Source of the DNA: Flavobacteriaceae bacterium | Lineage (GTDB): Bacteria; Bacteroidota; Bacteroidia; Flavobacteriales; Flavobacteriaceae | Length of the DNA: 32,000 bases | Direction of reading: 5' to 3' | NCBI GenBank assembly: GCA_965224465.1 | Contig: OZ245049.1 | Span: 900,001-932,000 of the forward strand | In this document: piece by piece, positions 26,013-32,000 of the stretch | How the letters are laid out: each line of letters starts with the position of its first letter | Position numbering within the stretch: the first letter of the stretch is position 1 | Program-made: the position numbers and the translations under genes | The notes under the pieces: generated by a model | Told to the model about the DNA's origin: nothing | What the model saw: the letters and a program-made list of their open reading frames with translations, nothing else | Databases searched by the model: none

Positions 26013-26171
26013 ATACCAATTACAATCCAAAATGACCGATATAAATAGTTTATTTTACGTGCTAGCGTTGTTGAAAAACAGAACGATAGCTAAGGCTATC
26101 CTTAGGTTTTCCGCCTAGCTAGAACAAAAAATAATTCTATTTCTAAACCATCACTTGGAAATTTAATTGGT
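26013..26171 (+). repeat. intergenic mosaic repeat, full form (M1-M2-M3), copy B
   Basis: Starts 1 nt after copy A. It is nearly identical to 4714-4826 over M1-M2. Confidence 0.95.
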
Positions 26172-26275
26172 AGAACAAAAAATAATTCTATTTCTAAACC
26201 GCCACTTGGAAATTTAATTGGTAGAACAAAAAATAATTCTATTTCTAAACCGTCACTTGGAGATGTATTTGGTAT
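26172..26275 (+). repeat. two further tandem 51-nt M3 units (the array 26121-26275 has 3 units of period 51)
   Basis: Units start at 26121, 26172 and 26223 (AGAACAAAAAATAATTCTATTTCTAAACCNNCACTTGGAAAT...). An additional M3 3'-end remnant lies at 26287-26306 (CAAGAAATACAATTGGTAT). Confidence 0.95.
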
Positions 26276-26316
26276 AAGAAACAGGCATCAAGAAATACAA
26301 TTGGTATTGCTACTAC

Positions 26317-26353
26317 ATAAAAAAGCCAGTAATTATATAAATTACTGGCTTTT
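26317..26353 (-). terminator. rho-independent terminator of valS
   Basis: Perfect 12-bp stem AAGCCAGTAATT (26323-26334) / AATTACTGGCTT (26340-26351). A U-run follows on the minus strand (A-run 26319-26324 on plus). Confidence 0.85.
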
Positions 26354-26371
26354 AACATTTAACTTTTATGT

Positions 26372-28999
26372 TTACAAGGCTACCAAACTAGCCTTTAAAG
26401 TCATTATTTTAGCTTCTGCATCTGCTAATTTATTACGTTCAATATCAATCACTTTTGCAGGTGCATTGTTTACAAAACGCTCATTACTAAGTTTTTTCTG
26501 AACAGAAATTAAAAAGCCTTGGGTATATTTTAATTCTTCTTCCAACTTCGCTTTCTCCGCCTCTACATCTACTGCTCCAACCATCGGAATAAAATACTCA
26601 TTTGATTTTACACGGTAACTTAAAGCCCCTTCCACTTTCCCTGTCACGTATGCCAAGTCAGAAATGTTTCCCATTTTTTGAATGACAGTGTCAAATTTAG
26701 TTGTTGCATTTTCGTTATTCATAACAAACAACTCAATGGTATCTTTAAAAGCGATATTTTTATCTTTTCTAATGGTTCTAATCCCCGAAATCACCTCTTT
26801 AACTAGCCCAAACTCTTTTAACAGAACAGTATCTATCGATTTAGTTTTCGGGTATGTTGCAATAATCAATGCTTCTTCTGTAGTTCTCGTTGTAATATGT
26901 TGCCATAATTCCTCGGTAATAAACGGCATATATGGATGTAATACCTTTAAATTATCTTCAAAAAACGCTATAATTGCTTTGTAAGAAACAGCATCTATAG
27001 GTTGTTGATAGCCAGGTTTAACCATTTCCAAAAACCATGATGAAAAATCGTCCCAGAATAATTTATACAGGCTCATCAAAGCTTCACTGATTCGGTATTG
27101 CTCAAAAGAAACATCAATATCAGCAATTACTTGTTGAAATCTAGCAGCATACCATTCGATAGCCATTTTTGCTGATTCAGGTTGTTCAATTTCTTCAGAA
27201 ACTTCCCATCCTTGCACCAATCTATACGCATTCCAAATCTTGTTTGAGAAATTACGCCCTTGAGCGCACAATTCTTCTTCGAACAACAAATCGTTTCCTG
27301 CAGCAGCACATAATAGCATTCCAACACGAACACCATCTGCACCGTATTTTTCCATCAATTCAATAGGATCCGGAGAGTTCCCTAAAGATTTAGACATTTT
27401 TCTTCCTTGTTTATCTCTTACAATTCCCGTAAAATAAACATTGCTAAAAGGTTTCTCGTTTTTAAATTCATAGCCCGCAAACACCATTCTAGCTACCCAA
27501 AAGAAGATAATATCTGGACCGGTCACTATATCATTTGTAGGGTAGTAATATTTAAAATCTTCATTTTCTGGGTTGCGAATCCCATCAAAAACAGATATAG
27601 GCCATAACCAAGAAGAGAACCAAGTATCCAATGCATCTGGGTCTTGGGTTAAATCGGCAACCTTTATTTCTTTACCTAACTTTTCCGAAGCCAAGATGCT
27701 TGCTTCTTCTATGGTTTCTGCAACAACAAAATCGTTTACACCTTCATCATAAAAATAAGCAGGAATTTGATGCCCCCACCACAGTTGACGAGAAATATTC
27801 CAATCGCGAATATTTTCTAACCAATGTTTATAGGTACTATTATAATGTTTTGGGTATAATTTAATTTCTTCATCCTCCAATACTGCTTTTAAGGCAGGAG
27901 TAACAATCGTATCCATTTTCAAAAACCATTGGGCAGATATTTTTGGTTCAATAACGGCTTTGGTACGTTCAGAGGTTCCCACTTTATGCAAGTGTTGTTC
28001 TACTTTTACCAAGCAACCCAATTCTTTTAATTCAGCCGTAATCTCTTTACGAACTACAAAACGATCTTTACCTTGGTAATGCAATCCAAATTTATTTAAA
28101 CTTGCATCATCATTTAAAATATCAATTACTTCTAGTTGATGTTTCTCTCCGAGTACTTTATCATTTTGATCATGGGCTGGCGTTACTTTTAAACATCCAG
28201 TACCAAACTCAATATCTACATATTCATCCTCTATAATAGGAATAGCTCTATTTGCGATAGGCACAATAGCTCTTTTTCCTTTTAAGTGAGAAAAACGCGG
28301 ATCGTTTGGGTTGATACAAATAGCCGTATCTCCTAAAATAGTTTCGGGTCTAGTAGTCGCCACCGTTAACACTTCTTCAGAACCTTCAATCTTATAATTT
28401 ATATAATATAAATTACCTGTTTTTTCTTCAAAGATTACTTCCTCGTCAGATAAGGTAGTTTGTGCAGATGGATCCCAATTCACCATTCTATAGCCACGAT
28501 AAATCAATCCTTTTTTATACAAATCAACAAAAATGGTGTTCACAGCCTCGCTTAAATCAGCATCCATGGTAAACTTGGTACGCTCCCAATCACAAGAAGC
28601 ACCCAATTTTTTTAATTGTTCTAAAATAATTCCTCCATGCTTATCTGTCCATTCCCATGCGTGTTTTAAAAACTCTTCTCTTGTCAGATCAGACTTATCA
28701 ATTCCTTCTTCTTTTAATTTAGCAACTACCTTTGCTTCGGTCGCTATAGATGCATGATCCGTTCCAGGTACCCAACAGGCATTGAATCCTTTAAGACGTG
28801 CTCTTCTGATTAAAACATCCTGAATTGTATTGTTCAACATATGTCCCATGTGTAAAACTCCAGTTACATTTGGAGGTGGAATTACAATTGTATAGGGCTC
28901 TTTATCATTAGGAGTGGAATGAAAATAATTGTTCTTCATCCAATAGTCGTACCATTTATTTTCAACCTCTAGTGGGTTATATTTTGTTGCTAAGTTCAT
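26372..28999 (-). CDS. valS: valine--tRNA ligase
   Basis: 875 aa with a class I HIGH-type motif ([11 protein letters not shown]), KMSKS, and a C-terminal coiled-coil typical of ValRS. Confidence 0.95.
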   Translation of the reverse strand: MNLATKYNPLEVENKWYDYWMKNNYFHSTPNDKEPYTIVIPPPNVTGVLHMGHMLNNTIQDVLIRRARLKGFNACWVPGTDHASIATEAKVVAKLKEEGIDKSDLTREEFLKHAWEWTDKHGGIILEQLKKLGASCDWERTKFTMDADLSEAVNTIFVDLYKKGLIYRGYRMVNWDPSAQTTLSDEEVIFEEKTGNLYYINYKIEGSEEVLTVATTRPETILGDTAICINPNDPRFSHLKGKRAIVPIANRAIPIIEDEYVDIEFGTGCLKVTPAHDQNDKVLGEKHQLEVIDILNDDASLNKFGLHYQGKDRFVVRKEITAELKELGCLVKVEQHLHKVGTSERTKAVIEPKISAQWFLKMDTIVTPALKAVLEDEEIKLYPKHYNSTYKHWLENIRDWNISRQLWWGHQIPAYFYDEGVNDFVVAETIEEASILASEKLGKEIKVADLTQDPDALDTWFSSWLWPISVFDGIRNPENEDFKYYYPTNDIVTGPDIIFFWVARMVFAGYEFKNEKPFSNVYFTGIVRDKQGRKMSKSLGNSPDPIELMEKYGADGVRVGMLLCAAAGNDLLFEEELCAQGRNFSNKIWNAYRLVQGWEVSEEIEQPESAKMAIEWYAARFQQVIADIDVSFEQYRISEALMSLYKLFWDDFSSWFLEMVKPGYQQPIDAVSYKAIIAFFEDNLKVLHPYMPFITEELWQHITTRTTEEALIIATYPKTKSIDTVLLKEFGLVKEVISGIRTIRKDKNIAFKDTIELFVMNNENATTKFDTVIQKMGNISDLAYVTGKVEGALSYRVKSNEYFIPMVGAVDVEAEKAKLEEELKYTQGFLISVQKKLSNERFVNNAPAKVIDIERNKLADAEAKIMTLKASLVAL

Positions 29000-29026
29000 T
29001 TTGGTCTAATATTTGCAAATAGAGAA

Positions 29027-29034
29027 CAAATGTA
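29027..29034 (-). promoter_or_regulatory. -7 promoter box TACATTTG for valS
   Basis: Exact TAnnTTTG match on the minus strand, 27 nt upstream of ATG 28999. Confidence 0.55.
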
Positions 29035-29110
29035 CAATTATAGTACTAAACTAAAAATTTTTTAAAACTTAAAAAAAGACTAGATTTACAATCTAAAAAA
29101 AACAGAAATC

Positions 29111-29545
29111 ATGAAAAAATTATTTACCCTATTTTTTATAGGAACTATTGCTTTGTCAATGAATGCTCAAGAAAAATCTACAGCTACAGTAGTAGATCCA
29201 AATGCACCTGTATTTGAATTTGAATCAGAAGTAATTGACTATGGAAAAATAGAATATAAGGCAGATGGGCTAAGAACTTTCAAGTTTAAAAACACGGGAA
29301 AATCTCCATTAATTATTTCTCGTATTCAATCTAGTTGTGGATGCACCACTCCTAAAAAACCTGAAGCACCAATTATGCCAGGAGAAACAGGAGAGATTGA
29401 CGTAAAATACGCTACAAATCGTGTAGGAGGTTTTTCTAAAACCATCACCGTATACTCAAATGCTACGGAAAATGCAAAACGTTTACGTATCAAAGGAATT
29501 GTTGGAAAAAACCCAGCAGTTGCAAAAAAGAAATCTTCCAAATAA
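29111..29545 (+). CDS. DUF1573 domain protein (secreted)
   Basis: Signal peptide MKKLFTLFFIGTIALSMNA. F.F.N.G..PL.I..I.SSCGCTTP is the DUF1573 signature. Confidence 0.8.
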   Translation: MKKLFTLFFIGTIALSMNAQEKSTATVVDPNAPVFEFESEVIDYGKIEYKADGLRTFKFKNTGKSPLIISRIQSSCGCTTPKKPEAPIMPGETGEIDVKYATNRVGGFSKTITVYSNATENAKRLRIKGIVGKNPAVAKKKSSK

Positions 29546-29560
29546 AAGGAATTTAATTAC

Positions 29561-29598
29561 AAAAAAAAGACTCCGAATTATCGGAGTCTTTTTTTTTT
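29561..29598. terminator. bidirectional rho-independent terminator
   Basis: Stem GACTCCGA (29569-29576) / TCGGAGTC (29581-29588), with 8 A upstream and 10 T downstream, between convergent genes. Confidence 0.9.
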
Positions 29599-29606
29599 GG
29601 ATACAT

Positions 29607-30947
29607 CTAAATTACTTTTTTCAATCTAAAGCTATAACTCTTTTCAATTCCATTTCTAGACACTTTAATTTTAAATTTACGATTTGGCCTGCTATAAAAC
29701 CGATGGATTATTTCCTCTAATTTAAAATGATGAGCTGCTTTGTTATTTATAGACAATAACACATCTCCTTTACGCAAACCTACCTGGTATGCAGGAGAAT
29801 TTTCACGAATAGAAAAAATCTTATATGATGGTTTAAAAATAAAATTATAGGTATGCTTCAATAAAATATTCATGTTACCATTTTCTGAATATCGATCGGG
29901 TTTGGGATTTGAAATATTCTGACGTTGTCTTACCAATTCTTGTCCATTGTACACCAACTCTATACCACTCATATTGTAATTAAAAGCCCGCTGATACTTT
30001 GGTCCTTTTTTTAAATACACCCTAGCATTTTTATAGTCAAAAACTACCCTAAACCTCCCCAGCACCATCCCACCAATACTTCCATTCCTATCCAAATGTT
30101 TACGAGCAATTACAATAGCGCTTGAATCAGGATAAGAAACCGTCGCTTCTTTTAAATGGTAATCCCCTAATATAAGCTTGTGAACTTTACTTCTTTTACC
30201 AAAAATTATCCCACTCAATCCTTCTCCTAAATAATCCTCAAAATAATTCTCTGGAGAAACAATCTGTTTGTGACTCCCTTCAAAAAGCCACAAAGCATCA
30301 CTTCCTCCAGAATCTATTAATAATTTCATCCGTACAGGGGAAGTCTCTTTTTTAAACTGAACATGTACATAGATATACGGTTTTTTATTAAAAAATGTCA
30401 ACTCAAATTTTTTAAATTTTCGTATTTTTTTCTTCTTAAATTTTTGATGCTTGTAGAACGTTATTTTTTCTTGACCATAATTTATCTCAACTACAAAATC
30501 TTTCATCAAATCATAGCCAATAATCCCATGAATAGTCAACCCTAACTTTGCAGACAAATCAAAATCATCATCTATTATAAAAAGTAAATTCTGGGCTACA
30601 CCCAACATGTTTTTAATTTTAAAAGTATTATTTTTGGAGAGCAGTGCATGCACAGGCTTGTTAGCACCTAAACCTCTTATTTTTATCTTCTTCACCTCGC
30701 GTAAATCCAACGAATCTATTTGATTTAAATTAAAAAGCATTGTCCGACTCACCCCTGTATCTAAAATAAAGTTCAATAATTTACCATTTACCTCAATGGG
30801 GAGAATTATTAAATTATTTTTATTGATAAAAGAGACCTGCTGTTTCTCTTTGTTTCCAGTCAAAAAAAACTTTCCTTGCCCAAATAAAGGCTGAAAACAC
30901 AGTAAGAATACCGTTATTAAAACAAAAATAAAACTAGGTAATTTCAA
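29607..30947 (-). CDS. secreted protein with two retropepsin-like aspartic protease lobes and a C-terminal PDZ domain
   Basis: Signal peptide. The first lobe has LD63TG with GIIGYD, and the second has ID212SG with GSIGGM. The C-terminal PDZ motif is SPAYQVGLRKGDVLLSINNK. The start is TTG, and the first in-frame ATG is at Met70, past the signal peptide and the first catalytic motif. Confidence 0.75.
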   Translation of the reverse strand: MKLPSFIFVLITVFLLCFQPLFGQGKFFLTGNKEKQQVSFINKNNLIILPIEVNGKLLNFILDTGVSRTMLFNLNQIDSLDLREVKKIKIRGLGANKPVHALLSKNNTFKIKNMLGVAQNLLFIIDDDFDLSAKLGLTIHGIIGYDLMKDFVVEINYGQEKITFYKHQKFKKKKIRKFKKFELTFFNKKPYIYVHVQFKKETSPVRMKLLIDSGGSDALWLFEGSHKQIVSPENYFEDYLGEGLSGIIFGKRSKVHKLILGDYHLKEATVSYPDSSAIVIARKHLDRNGSIGGMVLGRFRVVFDYKNARVYLKKGPKYQRAFNYNMSGIELVYNGQELVRQRQNISNPKPDRYSENGNMNILLKHTYNFIFKPSYKIFSIRENSPAYQVGLRKGDVLLSINNKAAHHFKLEEIIHRFYSRPNRKFKIKVSRNGIEKSYSFRLKKVI

Positions 30948-30971
30948 TGGTCAGGTTTTTAGATACCTAAG

Positions 30972-31014
30972 ATACAAAACACAGCTATAATTAGCGAATA
31001 ATTAGGATCTATTT
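30972..31014 (+). repeat. direct repeat, copy 1 (partner at 31161-31203)
   Basis: ATACAAAACACAGCTATAATTAGCGAATAATTAGGATCTATTT matches its partner at about 37 of 43 positions, counted by eye. Confidence 0.8.
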
Positions 31015-31046
31015 TACCTCTCCCTAGAATGCAGCAACAACATTAA

Positions 31047-31080
31047 TACAAATACATTTCCAAGTGTCGGTTTAGAAATG
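31047..31080 (-). repeat. intergenic mosaic repeat, module M3 core in inverted orientation
   Basis: The reverse complement reads CATTTCTAAACCGACACTTGGAAATGTATTTGTATT. Confidence 0.8.
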
Positions 31081-31160
31081 TCACAAACAAGCGGTTTTTC
31101 CTGTAAATTTCACGGTGTTGAGCGGGCATAATTTAAACAGTTATCTTTTTAGGAATCAGA

Positions 31161-31203
31161 ATACAAAACACGGCTATAATTAGCAAATATTAATGAACTA
31201 TTT
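31161..31203 (+). repeat. direct repeat, copy 2 (partner at 30972-31014)
   Basis: ATACAAAACACGGCTATAATTAGCAAATATTAATGAACTATTT lies 189 nt from copy 1. Confidence 0.8.
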
Positions 31204-31284
31204 AATGCTGTAATTTCATAAAAAAAAACAGTTAAAATCAAAAATATGTTGCAATTTTGTGTTTTAATATTAATCGATTTTAAC

Positions 31285-32000
31285 ATGCCAAAGATATCCA
31301 CTAAGGGCTTAAACATGCCTGAGTCACCGATTCGAAAACTAGTCCCTTTTGCAGAAATAGCGAAGAAAAAAGGAGTCCAAGTATATCACTTAAACATAGG
31401 ACAACCGGACATTAAAACCCCTGAGGTTGCATTAAAAGCCATTCGTGAAAACAACGTAAATGTATTGGCTTATAGTATGTCTGAAGGATCCGAACAATAC
31501 CGTACAAAACTAGCATCGTATTATCAAAAAAACAATATTGATGTAAACGCCAAAGACATTATTGTTACTACAGGTGGTTCTGAAGCCTTATTATTTGCTT
31601 TAGGAACTGTTTGTGATTACGGAGACGAAATTATAATCCCAGAGCCTTTTTACGCAAATTACAATGGTTTTTCTACAGCATCAGGAGTAACTATCAAACC
31701 CATCATGTCAAGTATTGAAACTGGTTTTGCACTCCCTGAGATCTCTGAGTTTGAAAAATTGATTACAAAAAAAACCAAAGCTATTCTGATTTGTAACCCT
31801 GGGAATCCAACAGGATATGTATATTCCAAAGACGAACTAGAAAAATTAGCTAAAATCGTTAAAAAACATGATTTATTTCTGATAGCAGATGAAGTATATC
31901 GTGAGTTTATTTATGATAAAGACGTAAAACACCAATCGGTATTATCAGGATTTGGTTTGGAAAAACACGCCATTATTATAGACTCTGTTTCTAAGCGATA
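31285..32000 (+). CDS. class I/II pyridoxal-phosphate-dependent aminotransferase, N-terminal part (3' end outside the window)
   Basis: Not in the ORF track because it has no stop inside the window. Hand translation gives MPKISTKGLNMPESPIRKLVPFAEIAKKKGVQVYHLNIGQPD...ILICNPGNPTGYVY...IADEVYREF...IIDSVSKR, including the PLP-lysine motif SxSK. Confidence 0.85.
   Translation, partial: MPKISTKGLNMPESPIRKLVPFAEIAKKKGVQVYHLNIGQPDIKTPEVALKAIRENNVNVLAYSMSEGSEQYRTKLASYYQKNNIDVNAKDIIVTTGGSEALLFALGTVCDYGDEIIIPEPFYANYNGFSTASGVTIKPIMSSIETGFALPEISEFEKLITKKTKAILICNPGNPTGYVYSKDELEKLAKIVKKHDLFLIADEVYREFIYDKDVKHQSVLSGFGLEKHAIIIDSVSKR

Noticed and set aside
26031-26117. A 28-codon ORF inside repeat module M1-M2 (ATG ACC GAT ... 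TAG, giving MTDINSLFYVLALLKNRTIAKAILRFSA). It is also intact at 4721-4807.
   Set aside because: The ATG is ATA in copies 25851 and 9746 and absent in copy 4593. Copy 4593 has a 1-nt deletion and copy 9746 a 10-nt insertion, both of which break the frame. The short copy at 2941 runs into an unrelated tail. The conservation pattern is nucleotide or structure-like, not codon-like.
26121-26275. A tandem 51-nt array that could be mistaken for a CRISPR array.
   Set aside because: The units abut directly with no unique spacers, there are only 3 of them, no cas genes are in the window, and the unit is simply module M3 of the dispersed repeat.
25851-26306. Integron attC sites or a cassette array, or a DGR template/variable repeat pair.
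   Set aside because: There are no ORFs between the repeats, no recognisable RYYYAAC/GTTRRRY attC core pairs, and no integrase or reverse transcriptase gene. The differences between copies are not adenine-specific.
197-30545. Numerous 60-116 aa ORFs antisense to, or out of frame within, the large genes. Examples are 197-397, 2115-2351, 5316-5588, 6140-6469, 13042-13326, 14104-14412, 15501-15851, 17261-17515, 22581-22916, the set inside valS (26301-28757), 29326-29541 and 30363-30545.
   Set aside because: Each lies entirely or mostly within a well-supported gene on the other strand or frame. They have low-complexity or Lys/Phe/Ile-rich composition typical of AT-rich shadow ORFs, and none shows a recognisable motif.

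Overview
AT-rich chromosomal segment that looks like a Flavobacteriaceae (Bacteroidota) genome. The evidence is the lack of Shine-Dalgarno sequences, TAnnTTTG -7 promoter boxes about 20-27 nt upstream of start codons, and the DUF4199, DUF1573 and DUF5606 gene families. I call 31 CDS, almost all housekeeping: a pyrC fragment, an esterase, a cyclophilin-FKBP fusion PPIase, a GMC oxidoreductase, an OmpA-family protein, fsa, two SDRs, a DUF4199-GT2-phosphosugar mutase-ABC exporter operon, a CCA enzyme, tsaC, a small glycosyltransferase/ATP-grasp island, dapD, ruvX-def-DUF5606-mazG, valS, a DUF1573 protein, a tandem-retropepsin/PDZ protease and an aminotransferase fragment. There is also one ncRNA missing from the ORF track, a 4.5S-type SRP RNA on the minus strand with its own promoter and terminator, plus several clear rho-independent terminators. 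I found no defence, toxin or phage system. The unexplained signal is a modular intergenic repeat family with three modules (M1, M2, M3), imperfect terminal inverted repeats, conserved hairpins and a 51-nt tandem amplification. It occupies about 1 kb across at least 9 loci, and I do not recognise it as a described element. All protein family calls come from motif recognition by eye, not from database searches.
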